Source: Octopus bimaculoides (lineage: Eukaryota). Taken from it: a stretch of 64,000 bases of DNA. The position numbers were made by a program, and so were the translations under genes. The notes under the pieces are model-generated. The model had not been told where the DNA came from, searched no databases, and saw only the letters and a program-made list of their open reading frames with translations. The first letter of the stretch is position 1, and each line of letters starts with the position of its first letter. The stretch spans positions 16,158,473 through 16,222,472 of the forward strand of contig NC_068985.1 in assembly GCF_001194135.2 (NCBI RefSeq), read 5' to 3'. This document shows positions 47,793 to 61,500 of this stretch, in pieces.

Positions 47793-48357
47793 CTAGAATA
47801 AAGAGAAAACACAAAAATATGATGTAATTATAATTCTCAAACAAATTAACTAAAAAAGATATTTTCAAGATAAAAGAATTCTTAACAAAGACAAAAAAAC
47901 CCCACCCAAACGGTCAATGACATCAATCCCAAGTACCTGACGAATTCTTTATTTTATATAGACAGTAAGCCTCATAGGTTATCTAACTTTGGAAATGCAG
48001 GATCAACTACACCCACCCAGGGTATATAGGATGAGTTACACTGCATCTACAAGGATATAATATGGATTACAGTTGGCTTCAGCTGGCCTCTACTCCTGAT
48101 TATATTTGTACCACTCCCAGAACATTTTATGCATTTACCCTGGGCAATGCCCTTCTCCATGGGTGCACAGTGCATTCCCCACTACTGTGGACTTGGTTGA
48201 TCTGTTGACTTGTGGAGCTTATGAGCCTTCATAATATACTTTGATCTCTTATGTTATTTCAGTGTTTGCGTATTCACAGATATACACACGTGTATATGTT
48301 AATGCACATGTGTGTATATTTTGATGTACATGTAGAGGTTTTTGAGTGTATATGTAA

Positions 48358-48404
<47 letters not shown>

Positions 48405-48442
48405 ATATGTGTATGATTGTATTTTGTATGTATATACAGATA

Positions 48443-48822
48443 TACTCTTTACTCTTTTATTTGTTTCAGTCATTTCACTGTCGCCATGCTGCAGCACTGC
48501 CTTTAGTCGAGCAAATCGACCCCAGGACTTATTCTTTGTAAGCCTAGTACTTATTCAATCGGTCTCTTTTGCCGAACTGCTAAGTTTCAGGGACGTAAAT
48601 ACAACAGCATCAGTTGTCAAGCGATGTTGAGGGGACAAACACAGACACACACACACATATATACGACGGGCTTCTTTCAGTTTCTGTCTACTAAATACAC
48701 TCACAAGGCTTTGGTCGGCCCGAGGCTATAGTTGAAGACACTTGCCCAAGGTGCCACGCAGCGGGACTGAACCTGGAACCATGTGGTACATAAGCAAGCT
48801 ACTTACCACACAGCCACTCCTA
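48443..48822 (-). mobile_element. SINE family C (tRNA-like head, internal (TA/TG)n, ...gactgaaacaagtaaaaga tail)
   Basis: Complete bipartite copy; others at 8364-8530, 11760-12140, 13330-13790, 16110-16480, 32965-33118, 43262-43420, 55090-55240, 55670-55865, 57810-57960, 62095-62250 and 63785-63900. Confidence 0.85.
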
Positions 48823-49012
48823 CTTTACTCCTTTTTATATATTTGTGTATGTATGTATGTATATTATATTTTATATGCATATATATGTATTGTCTTACAC
48901 TGGATACTGAAGTGCAGTATAGAACCCATTACTCAGCCCAATTTTGGCTGCATGTCACACTTTACTGTGTCCCTTTTTTTGATACATATACATCATCAAA
49001 ATACATATGCAC

Positions 49013-49388
49013 AGGAGTGGCTGTATGGTGAGAAGCTTGCTTCCCAACCACATGGCTCCAGGTTCAGTCCCACTGTGTGGTACCTTGGGCAAGTGTCGTC
49101 TACTATAGCCTCAAGTCAACCAAAGCCTTGAGTGGATTCGGTAGGTGGAAACTGAAAGAAGCCTGTCAAATATATATATATGTATTTGTATGTTTGTGTT
49201 TGCCACCTCACCATCGTTTGACAACCAAAGCTGGTGTGTTTACGTCCCTGTAACTTAGCAGTTCAGCAAAAGAGACCGATAGAATAAGTAATAGGCTTAC
49301 AAAGAATAAGCCCTGGGGTCGATTTGTGCGACTAAAAGCAGTGCTCCGGCATGGCCGCAGTTAAATGACTGAAACAAGTAAAAGAATA
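49013..49388 (+). mobile_element. SINE family C, inverted relative to 48443-48822
   Basis: Same head and tail in the opposite orientation, about 190 nt away. Confidence 0.85.
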
Positions 49389-49580
49389 TATATCATTACT
49401 GTTCTTGGCTCACATGGGGCAGTTGGAATTTTGTTGAGGCAGGTTTTCTACAACCAGAGGTCCTTCCTGTCACTAACATTCACTGTTTCCAAGAGAGATA
49501 ATACTTTGCTATAACCAGACATGTTTTTAAGGAAGATTGGGTATGAAGTACAACAATGTTTATATATTAGAACAAATATA

Positions 49581-50168
49581 ACAAGAGCACTCAGAGAGCG
49601 CAAACCTCCACCAAGGCAATACCAACGTCCTCTCAATGATTAGCCAGAGATGATTTTTAAAACGAGAATATCTGAAATAAACTCGACTGTTTTCACAAGT
49701 ATGAATACTAAAAATGAACCCGACCACTCTCAAAACTTAAGTAAAAAAACTGGAAAAATAATCCAGAATCTTTGTCCGGTACCTGATCAATCCCAATGGT
49801 AGTCATGGAATGTGAAGGTGGCTATAGAAAATTTAGTAACAGCAATAAATAGCTTTTCCTTATCTAATACAAGCCAAAGTTAACAAATTCACCATTCAAA
49901 ACAGTTACAGCCTAAAGGGAGATAATTGAGAAAGACTTGAAAGTTAACATAAGCTCGTAATCACGTAAAGTAAATATAACAAATAATCCAGAATCCTTGT
50001 CCAGTGCTGAATCGATCCCAAAATCTAATCAGTTCATGCCAGTCACAAGGCCAAACATTCCTGAAAGTTTCATCCGAATCCATCCAGCAGTTCTTGAGCT
50101 ATCTTGTTCATGGACAAACAAACAAATGTAACTGAAAGCAATACTTCCGCCTTCGCTAAGGCAGAGGT
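49581..50168 (-). mobile_element. Helentron-associated (HINE/DINE-like) non-autonomous element
   Basis: Minus-strand start ttattacctctgccttagcgaaggc (short hairpin), gtttgtttgt run, subterminal acctccaccaagg, end gctcttgtt. Confidence 0.5.
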
Positions 50169-51063
50169 AATAATTGTTAATCCAACAAAGAAAACCTCTC
50201 TGCAATTGCCAGACCTGCTAAAAATATCAGCCAAATACCACCATATCATTTTAAAATACGGAGAGGACACTTTCAATAATGAAATCAGTCCTAGATATCA
50301 TTAAACCATTTGATACTAACCCACCGGAGAATGCCCTTCGTTCTATGATAGAAACTTCTTGTTTTAAGAATTATCTAAATTTTAACCTTCCAGCAAAATT
50401 TTTGTTAATTTATATTCCAAACTTCAGCTAAGAATGAGAAAATTATTTTACAAAATTCAGCATTAATTGTAAAAAAGGAAGGGTATTTCAATAAAACTTT
50501 GGAAAGGAAAGGGTTAAACTGATGGGTCAGGGCTAAATAACAGCAACAGTAATGACAATATGAAAACAGTATTAGTTCTTATCAATGCAAAACAAGTAAA
50601 AGTGTAAATGTATAAGAATTCAAATTGGCAGATGACAAAAGCAGAACTCAAGAGATGAAGGCAGTTTTTTTTACATATTTGATAACAGAGCTACTTTGTT
50701 CAACTGAATTCAAAAACTCTATATAGTTTCTGTAGAAATAGTGGCATCAAATTTTGGCACACGGCCAGCTATTTTGGGGAGGAGTAAGTCAATTACATCA
50801 ACCCCAGTGTCTAACTGGTACTTATTTTATCGATCCCGAAAGAAAGAAAGGCAAAGTCAACCTCAGTGGAATTTGAACTCAAAATGTAAGGACAGACGAA
50901 ATGCTATGAGGAATTTTGCCTGGCATACAAATGATTCTACCATCTTGCTGCCTTAGTTTCTGTAGAAATATTTATTGAAAGTTCCTAAACTTAGGATAAG
51001 GTGCCATAGCCATGAAAAGGAAAGAACTCTTAGCATAAGAAAAATGAATTGAATATCACTTAC

Positions 51064-51235
51064 CAATTGCAAAATCTATATATTCACACCATTCAAGCAA
51101 TTCTTCAAGAGCAGCCTCCTTGTCATCATCTTCATTTTCACTATTTGGAGACTTTAGAATACGGATACATTCTTTCATACGCCTAACAGGACTCTCAGTC
51201 AAGCTATTGAGTGCTCCTTCCAGCCATTCACGATC
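51064..51235 (-). CDS. HSPBP1: HSPBP1/Fes1 coding exon (first visible; upstream coding exon not found)
   Basis: Acceptor tcttttag| and donor |gtaagt. Encodes DREWLEGALNSLTESPVRRMKECIRILKSPNSENEDDDKEAALEELLEWCEYIDFAI, matching the Fes1 N-terminal region (W-L-x-E/G-A-L ... ALEEL-x-E-x-CE-x-ID-x-A). Phase 0 to phase 1. Confidence 0.9.
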
Positions 51236-53299
51236 CTAAAAGATAAAGAAGACAGAAAAATGGTTAATCAAAATTAGATTTTATTATTTATATCTTTAAA
51301 TAGAAGCAGCTATCTTTCTGATTTATTCAAAGAGACTATTAATATTCAGGTAATTCATAAATGAAATTATTATGAAAGAAAGAAATCATAAATAAACGAC
51401 AACAACGATGATTTCAAACTAAATTTAAAATCTTTTATGTCAAAATCTATACTAGTTATATAAAACATTGAAAAAATGTAATTCTGTTTATGAAATGCTT
51501 AAAGCAAAGTTGTAATGCATTCAGTTTCATGAACAAATTATAAAATAAATCAGAATTTGTTTCATAAGACCAAAATATTATTTGCAAAAAGGAAATATTA
51601 CATTTTTTTGTATAGTCTTCAATAAGTTTCTCACCTTTTTACAAACTTACCCTCAATATATTCTGAGTACTGGACCCTCAAAAGGAGAATATTAACTCTC
51701 TTAACCCTTTTCATACCAACCAACCAAGGACTGCCTTAGTTTCTTTCTTCTTTTTTTAAAAATAAACTTCTTGTTTTAAATTAAAACTTTCCATCAAAGT
51801 TTCATATTAATTTGTCCCAAACACTAGCTTAAAGGAGTCCTTTTTACCTGCAATTTTAGGGAAGGAGTAAGTTGATTACGCCAACCCCAGTGTTCAACTG
51901 GCACTTTTTTTATTGACAGATAAAGCTGACCCCAGCAGAATTTGAATTCAGAGCATTGAAAGACAGAAGATACGCTACTAAGCATTTTGTCTGACACCTT
52001 AACAGAACTGTCAGCTTGCAACTTTACACCAGCTTAATAATGACAACCTTCATCATCATCATCATCATCGTTTAACGTCCGCTTTCCATGCTAGCATGGG
52101 TTGGACGATTTGACTCAAATTCTTCATTATCTTTTAAATGAATTGAAACAAAGGCAATGCATTGCAACAGCAATATGGTAACAAAAATCATTTTGTAAGG
52201 ACACTCAAAAAACTCTGCTAAACAGTATGGATTCCTTACCAGATTCTTCCTCTTACATTTTGAAATTACACTAATTCAAATTGGAAATTAAAAAAAGAAA
52301 AGCTTTTTTTAATTTTTTTATTTTCCACTAAAGCAGTACATTAAATATAATCAATCCACACATATGCAGTATAAAAGATTGCAGCCAGCAAAAGACTAAT
52401 CCAGTATTGCAGAGACTACCTATTTACATCATGGAGAACTGTAAAATCATCATCATTGTTTTTACATGTGCTTTTTCTATAACATGGACTGGACAAGATT
52501 TCTTGAGGCAGCATGCTATGACCAGATGCACTTCCAGACTTGTTTTTCAAGCAAGGTACTTTTTCACTGGTCTTTCATTGAAACCACAAGGTTCAGTTAT
52601 ACATGTTGCCAACTATCACTGTCCTTTATCACCTCCTTTGAGATCAGACTTCACCACTACATTCTAGGTTTCCCTCTTTCACGGATTCCATCAGTTCATA
52701 TACTGTATAAGTCATCCAATTGCACATAAAATTATACTTCTTATATACTACTGACTTTATGAGCAAAGGTTGATAAGTTAATTGATATAAATTAATGATA
52801 ATCAATAATGATCAATGTTGATGATTAACACATAAAGCGTGACGGGTCACAATCGTGGCCATCAGGCACAGGTCGACAGGCCACGATCATGACTCAGATA
52901 GATGCATTTAATTTATGGGCGTTTGTTGGGGTCTAATGTCACTCAAACACCCTTTTGAGTTTTCTAGTTTCTAATTCAGTTTCTTTTATATGTCCTAAAA
53001 CTTCTGCAGTTTTTTTTCATTAGATTATTATTTGTTTCTTTAGGTAATGCAATAAATTTGTGTTCAAAAAAAAATTACTTAAAAAACATTTATATACTAC
53101 AAAAGTTATTAAATGCAAAAGGGGCATTACTTCTGCTTTCTTTCTTCCTATCAGCCCCTTCACACTTACTTTGCTCATTCCACTTTTCGTTCTTTCATTC
53201 CCCCTCCTCTCTCCTCTTTCACTTCACTCTGTCCCTTCCATTTTTTTTTCACCCCTCCTTAATTCTTCTATCCCTCTGCCTCTATCTCTCTCTTCTCTC

Positions 53300-53710
53300 C
53301 CCACGTGACCAGTGTTCTGCCAAGCTTGACCGTTCTTTCTTGGTTCAACTACCATACGTGCAACATCTATATTCCTCCTTGTACCTGTCAAATCTTATGC
53401 CCCTGTTGTAAGGCTTTACTTCCACACATGCCAGCTTAATTTAATTTGTCCTTAGTCAAAAGACGCCTGTTGTTATGTCCTGTTATTTGTATTTGTGTAC
53501 CATTTCTCCGTTTTTGCCGTCCTTGTTTTCGTATACATTTGCTTGCTTTCTTCCAAGGAATCTAGTGCTCTTAGCTTAGTTTTTCCTTGGGGCTGGCCAG
53601 ATTGGAGCAATCTTAAGTATAACTAGCCAAAATTGCAAAGATAATCTGAAACTTGACTGAGGAAAGAAAACTCCAAATGACACGTCCTTGTTTTCTTTGT
53701 ATCGTCTGTC
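53300..53710. mobile_element. Second (one-armed) copy of the 22.3-23.0 kb foldback repeat
   Basis: Shares ccacgtgacc..ccaagc..gacc and ccagcttaatttaatttgtccttagtc...ggccagattggagca. Confidence 0.7.
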
Positions 53711-53737
53711 TAAATATAGCGGTGTACGCACACTTTG

Positions 53738-53798
<61 letters not shown>

Positions 53799-55242
53799 GC
53801 ATATGTATTATTTTTCACCAGTTTCAGCTCGAGAGCTGCCGCCATGCTGGGGCACTGTTGTTAGCTTTGCAACACTTTCACTAAACCTCTAATATATGGC
53901 ATTTGATGAATGAGGAAGTTTGACATTGTTGACATTGCTGCCCTCATCTGCATTTCTTGCCACAAGGTAGGTTCATCCGGAACTCTTAACAGGAGATTCA
54001 GTTTTATTTTGAAGATGCCTACATCCACCCCATGTAGGTTCTCTCAGGTTTTGAAAGGAGAATAGTGCTGCTTGCATGGGTTAAACAGAATTTGTTGACG
54101 CAGATTTTCTCCTATTTCCTGTTATCCACACTCACTTGTTTCCAAACAAGGTAATGTTTCCTCATAGACAGACATGTTTTGCATGAACGACTGGAAACAA
54201 CATCACATGTATAGCAGTGATGCTCGTTTACAACCAACATATGATGTCAACACAATAGTATACACAAACACACATAAATATATATAATAGACTTCTATCA
54301 GTTTCTGTCTACCAGATCAACTCACAAGGCTTAAGCTGGCCCAGGGCTATAGTAGGAGTGTATGTACATATATCATCATCATCAAACGTCCGCTTTCCAT
54401 GCTAGCATGGGTTGGATGATTTGACTGGTGAACCAGATGGCTACACCAGACTCCAATCTGATCTGGCAGAGTTTCTACAGCTGGATGCCCTTCCTAACGC
54501 CAACCACTCCGAGAGTGTAGTGGGTGCTTTTTACAAGAACTTACTGTGATACAGAGAGAAAGAGAGAGTGAGAGAGAGTAAGAGAGAGTGAGAGTGAGTG
54601 TGTGATACACACATCATCATCATCATCATCATCATTGTTTAACGTCCACCTTCCATGCTAGCATGAGTTGGACGATTTGACTGAGGACTAGTGAACCAGA
54701 AGGCTGCACCAGGCTCACACACATATACACCAAGAAATGAGGTGTTCATGGTTGGAATGCTTTTGGCTACAGAATTAATAACAGCAACAAATTCTACCAT
54801 CCATCTACTTCGACTGAATATTAATGGTAGCACAGCATCATTTTATAGTCCAGAGTTTGAACACTAAAATTCCAGCTATCCACATCTGACTGTACAGAGC
54901 AACTGCAGTCAAGTGCTGAAATGAAACGAAGGAAGTCACACAGATTTGTGAAAGCGTATAAAAGTTAACAGGACCATGGGCAACAAATTCTGTCCATTTT
55001 TCTTTTCTTTTTATAACAATAGTTCTCTCAACTGAAATATATATTGCAGATGAAAAGAAATTTAAGAACCATTCTAAATAATTATTAGTCATGGCTGTGA
55101 GGAAAGAAGTTAGTATTCCAACCACATGGTTCCAGGCTCACTCCCACTGCATGACAACTTGGGCAAGTGTCTTCTACTATAGCCTCGGGCTGGCTAAAGC
55201 CTTGAGTGGATTTGGTAAATGGAAAATGACAGAAGCCCATTG

Positions 55243-55314
<72 letters not shown>

Positions 55315-56719
55315 AACACATACATATATATCTCATCATCATCAGTGTTTAACGTCCACTTTCCATGCTGTCATGGGTTGGACAGTTTGACTGAAGATTG
55401 GAAAACTAAGCGGCTGCACCAGGCTTCAATCTGATTTGGCAAGGTTTCTACAGCTGGACGCCCTTCCTAATGCCAATCACTTCGAGAGTATAGTGGGTGC
55501 TTTCTACATGCCACTGGTGCGGGGGCCAGTCAGGTAGCACTGGCATCGACCACACTCAAATGGTGCTTTTTACGTGCCACCAGCATGGGAGCCAGCCAGA
55601 TGGCACTGATATATATACACACACACTCACACACATATATATTTGTGTGTGTGTGTGTGTGTCTTTATGTCTGCCCCTTCTCCGCCACTTGACGACTGGT
55701 GTTGATTTATGTGTTTATGTCCTTGTAACTTAGCAGCTTGACAAAAGAAACTGATAGAATAAGTACCAGGCTTTAAAAAAAAATAAGTAACAAGACTGAT
55801 ACATTCGACCAAAAATTTCTTGAGGTGGTGTCCCAGCATGGCCAGTCTAATGACTGAAACAAGTAAAAAAAAAATCTCTAAAACAATGGAACTGCACTAC
55901 ATACAGAATACAAAATATGTTGAGTTTATTTATTTCTTTTTTTTTTGTTTACATGAAATAAAGATTTATTTTTATTTCAGGTTTTGCTAAATACCATTTT
56001 AGTCACCTGTGGTGTGTGACTAAGAATGATTTTACCTATTTCACAAAGATGATGTTTTTCAAATTCATGTCAAATGGTCTATGCGATTTAGTCTATAATA
56101 GAATCTAACCATTTCATTTATTAATTATGCGCGTAAATATTACGGGAACTGAATATACATGAAGAAATCATCATTACATTTGACTTGTATAAAAATATTT
56201 TTTCTTCAATTCCATTAACTACTCAAAATTGAAATTTTAAAATCATTATTTCATCGATTTCAAAATCACCAGACAACACACACACACACACGCATATTGC
56301 ATACACATACACGTCTAGCCTTGTGAAAACAGTATTGAAAATGATTTCATCTACATATGGATACATCGAAAACCTTGTGACTAGAAGAAAAATCAATAAA
56401 ATCACATTAACATAATCTACGTCACTCAGATACAACTTACTCGAATTTATATCAGAAATATTGAACATTATCTACAAGACAAGTCAAGTGATATAAAAAC
56501 TACTATAAAAAATCATATTTAGTAAATATCAAATGTACAAAATATATATATCACATTAAATCTATGCAAAATATTGATTGATTTTGTTACCAATCTATTA
56601 CGCTACTTTAAAGTCCATTCATAAAAATTCATTCATACATTTTCCATTCACAAATTCATCACATGATCAACCCCAAGGTCGAGGTAGAAAGGCTCACAGA
56701 TACAGAAACAAATTTAGGA

Positions 56720-56959
56720 GTTACCATACACAAAGACACATACATAAATGCTTATACTTTTTTTTTTATATAGATACATACACAGATGATGTACATATAC
56801 ATAGGTATGTGTATATACATAAATATATTGATACATACAAATAAATACATACACACTCACACACATATATATACACATACATACATAAACACATATATAT
56901 ACATATACACATACATACACACATACAAATATATATATATGCCTATATATATTTATATA

Positions 56960-56992
<33 letters not shown>
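56720..56992. repeat. (TACA)/(TA)n compound microsatellite before N-gap
   Basis: Direct reading. Confidence 0.95.
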
Positions 56993-57668
56993 NNNNNNNN
57001 NNNNNNNNNNNNNNNNNNNNNNNNNNNNNNNNNNNNNNNNNNNNNNNNNNNNNNNNNNNNNNNNNNNNNNNNNNNNNNNNNNNNNNNNNNNNNNNNNNNN
57101 NNNNNNNNNNNNNNNNNNNNNNNNNNNNNNNNNNNNNNNNNNNNNNNNNNNNNNNNNNNNNNNNNNNNNNNNNNNNNNNNNNNNNNNNNNNNNNNNNNNN
57201 NNNNNNNNNNNNNNNNNNNNNNNNNNNNNNNNNNNNNNNNNNNNNNNNNNNNNNNNNNNNNNNNNNNNNNNNNNNNNNNNNNNNNNNNNNNNNNNNNNNN
57301 NNNNNNNNNNNNNNNNNNNNNNNNNNNNNNNNNNNNNNNNNNNNNNNNNNNNNNNNNNNNNNNNNNNNNNNNNNNNNNNNNNNNNNNNNNNNNNNNNNNN
57401 NNNNNNNNNNNNNNNNNNNNNNNNNNNNNNNNNNNNNNNNNNNNNNNNNNNNNNNNNNNNNNNNNNNNNNNNNNNNNNNNNNNNNNNNNNNNNNNNNNNN
57501 NNNNNNNNNNNNNNNNNNNNNNNNNNNNNNNNNNNNNNNNNNNNNNNNNNGACTGGAGCCTGGTGTTGCCATCCGGTTTCACCAGTCCTCAGTCAAATCG
57601 TCCAACCCATGCTAGCATGGAAAGCGGACGTTAAACGATGATGATGATGATATATATATATATATATA

Positions 57669-57794
57669 CAGGGTGTCCACAAAGTCTGGGTACATGGAGT
57701 AAATAAAATCATAACATAAACAATTAAATAAAGAAATTATTATTTCTTAAAGTATGTGTTAATCCCCATGTACCCAGACTTTGTGGACACCCTG
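57669..57794. mobile_element. Tc1/mariner MITE
   Basis: Perfect 29-bp TIRs CAGGGTGTCCACAAAGTCTGGGTACATGG and TA target duplication on both sides. Confidence 0.9.
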
Positions 57795-59283
57795 TATATA
57801 TGTTAGGGTATTTACCTTCCTGTAACTTAATGGTTCGGCAAATGAGATTGATAGATTAAGTACAGGCTTTAAAAAAAAGTACTGGGGTCGATTCATTTGA
57901 CTAAAAATCTCTCAAGGTGGTGCCCCAGCATGGTCGTAGTCTAATGACTGAAACAAGTAAAAGTTTAAAAATATGCTGCAAGTCAACTTGTGATCAAGTA
58001 AGACCACTTCCTAGACCCAGTAAGTCCATGCAAGCATTTCAAGAGTCCAAGAGTTTTCTGTGTGTGAATTTGTTTTGTGTGGATGAAGTGCTGCACAGCA
58101 CCAAACTCACTTTCATGGCAAAACAGAAGTTGAGACGACCAGAAATCAACTGCCCTTCAGGTTTTGGGGTTTTATTTTTATATATAAGTTAAACTACTAC
58201 TAGAAGGAAGTTCTAATGAAACTAGGGATCCTTCATTCTCAGTAGTTCACATATTAATAAAAGTAACCCATAGCTATGACCCTAAATGGCGCTACTACAC
58301 CAGGTCAGAGGAGGTCTGGGAATAATAATGGTTATGAGATGGTTCCACACTCCTCAAAATCATGGAATGGCCATGTTCTTGTGTCTTCTAGTATAGCAAC
58401 AAAATCCTTGTGAGGGGGCTTGGGAGACAGAAACAGTGCAGAAGACTGTCATGTGGATGTGTGTGTGTGTATGCGCACACCCCCATTAAAATAAAAACTG
58501 GGATCAATGTGATTGGCTAAAAAGCTCAAGGCTATGCCCCAGCATGGCCACAGCTCAAAGAACAAAAGGATACACGTATACCCACACACAATACTTATAT
58601 ATGATGACCGTCAACTTGTCCAAGTATAATTACTTCTTGGGGAGTTGTAAATTGTTTGGAGGTTACCATGGAAGCATGAAAACAAAGGAGAGTTGCTAGC
58701 CAGTGGGGTTTGAGGTCCAATTCTTGAAATAGGTTAACCCTGCTCATACCTTTTCCTAGGTCCTTCTTGATTAACATGTAAGCAGTGCTACCTCTGGAAA
58801 GGGTTACTTAATCACTTAAGGGGTTGCAGAATCAGAAGCAACCAATGTCTCAAGTTATTTGGCAATAGGTTTGCAATTACATACTACCAGTTAGTCATTG
58901 CAGGGTCTTTTCCCCATCATGGGTTTTCCGAGAAGTTCCTGTGCATGAAATTGATTAATGTAAAGCATGCACTTCTTCTGGTGGCTGGAATAATCAGAAG
59001 CTGAACAATTGCCAGGTTTTACATCAAAGTATTCTTTCTCCAGCTAAATATTCAAACAAGACCACTCCTAAGCGGTCTTTTGACATCATCATTCACCATC
59101 ACTGGTATGTGTACCCAAACAATTGCTAGAAAGTTTTGGATCCTATGCTAGGTCCATCCCTGTTTTTTGATAGGTATTGTCCTATTGTTTTTCTTGCAAT
59201 ACTCCTTTGTCAGGCAGGTCTGGTGGGGAGACAGATTGACCATGAAACACATTGTACTGGACATGTTACCATACATGTATATG

Positions 59284-59284
<1 letters not shown>

Positions 59285-59352
<68 letters not shown>
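59285..59352. repeat. (GT)n microsatellite
   Basis: Direct reading. Confidence 0.98.
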
Positions 59353-59354
<2 letters not shown>

Positions 59355-60679
59355 TAAAATAAATGAAAAAAAAATAGAGCCATGAAACTCAAGGCAAGAT
59401 ATTAAATATGTTTATCATCATGATTTATGACTGAATATGGAAGACCAGAAGACCCTTTTACTTTATCTACCTTCAAAAACTTGAATGTTTTCCTCAATGC
59501 CCTTACTGTGCAGTGTTGCATGACAACTCACATTTAGAAATCCCATGGATTCAGATGTCCTGAGTTAGTAAGGTTAGACACATCAAGACAAACACTGGAA
59601 ATTTTACCTTGAAATATTCCTGAACATGCTTTTGATTCTATGCTAATGCAGATTTGGAAAAACGCAACTTCATTTGGTTCAAGATCCAACATGATGAACT
59701 CAGCTTTACACTTCTGTCACCTACATCTCCAAGGATGGATTCAGGTTTTGCATGACAATAAGAACTTCAAAAGACTCAACTGTAATTACTCAGCAGGTAT
59801 GGCAACTGAATGTCTTGGTTGACTGCAAATTTCTTTTCATTGGCAAAGAATCTCACTTGCACTTCCATGTGCTTTAAGTAGCCGAGAAGCTTTGGGACTC
59901 ACTTAGTTCTAACTTTAAAACAAACTGCAAGAATTGCTACAACAGACCATTTTAAACCAGCCAGAAAGGTATGGGTATATCTGTGATCACTGTAGGTTGC
60001 CTAAGATAACAAGAGAATATTTGAAGCTTTATTGTAAATTGGTACCTTTGCATATATTGTGCCAATACTGATGCAACACTATGTGTATCATTTTGCCAAT
60101 ATTTTGTCATATTGAAGCTATCACAATATGTAACACACACACACACAAAAAGTTAACTTTCCAGACTCGTTACAAGAAATTAACTCTTAATTCACCATAC
60201 TTATGGAGATAAAACATTTTTTAAATGGCCTCAATTTAGTTGTCTGACCTTGTACAAAAACGTATGTGTATATATATATATGTATGTATACATACATATA
60301 CATGTATGTATATATACATATATATATATGTGTGTGTGTGTGTGTGTATGTATAAATACATACATATATGTGCACACATAAATGAAATTCCATTATAACA
60401 AAGTTGATGAGGTATGAAAAACTTCACAATAATGAGACTGCCAGAAGAAATCAAAGATATTTTTATTCAAGCAGTACACAAGAATAGACATTTAATGAAA
60501 CATTTCTTTGGACCACATTCCACAATTTATTTTAAAATGTATTGTTCTCTACATTCTTACACATGGTAACAGAAAAATCAATTGTGACTTTTCATTAATT
60601 ATATTTATTTTGACTTGTATACTCCAATAATATGTATTAAATTGTTTTATTATAAATTTTATATTATATACATTGTTCA

Positions 60680-61500
60680 TGCCCCAGTTGATATTTCTAT
60701 ATTGTTCGTAACTATTGTCAAAGACTATCAATGACCAAGTTAATTGAAGACGCCAAACAATTCTCTGCTCTTTTCTATAGAACTAAAGTTGACTAATATT
60801 GCTGTTTGCTACCAGTTACAAGTCTTTGTGTAATAAATGTTTATTGAAAATATTGAAGATGAATTCCTCTTCTGTAAGTCACCACAGGCCATGACCAAGT
60901 CAGCCAATGCCATGGAAATTTTTTAGGGTGAATGGTTTTGATGAAAGAAATTCTAATGAATGTCATTGCTGACAATGCACAGGCCATGCAAGGTTCAAAA
61001 CCATGATTTCAAATGTTGGTGGTAAAAAAGAGATCTGTAGAAGTAATATGTATGCACTGTATATAAACTGGAAAGCCCTGTCTGCTCAGACATTAACAAA
61101 GGATTCGAATGCTATCATTAAAAGGGTCATTGTGTCAAACTGTCAGCACTAAATACAAGGCTCTCTTGGAAAAGAAAGCACTCAGAAGACATTTATTGGA
61201 ATCATTAACATTTTTGAAGAATTGAAGCTTCCTTAACAAGGAACGAGTGTAAATCTTTACATGAAGGCAAAAATTATATATTCCAAGAAAAGATGGCTCT
61301 TTAGACACAAAGGTTCCAAATAGGAAGTTACAATTCCTAAATCAAAGTTCCCTTACTGAACAACCACAAAAATATTAAAAAAAAAAAAAAAAATCCAGAG
61401 AGAAATCATTGAGCATTTAGTAAAGTTGAAAGAAGAGTGTGGTACCGTTTTCCTGAGCTGATCAAAGAGAATGACCTTGATGATCAACAATCTACTGATC
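60680..61500 (+). mobile_element. Decayed hAT (Charlie/Buster, ZBED5/FAM200-like) transposase
   Basis: Fragmentary translations NIEDEFLFCKS, ADNAQAMQGSK (cf. TDGAPAMxG), EVICMHCI, SALNTRL, EIIEHLVKLKEE..RFPEL; many stops and frameshifts. Confidence 0.7.
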
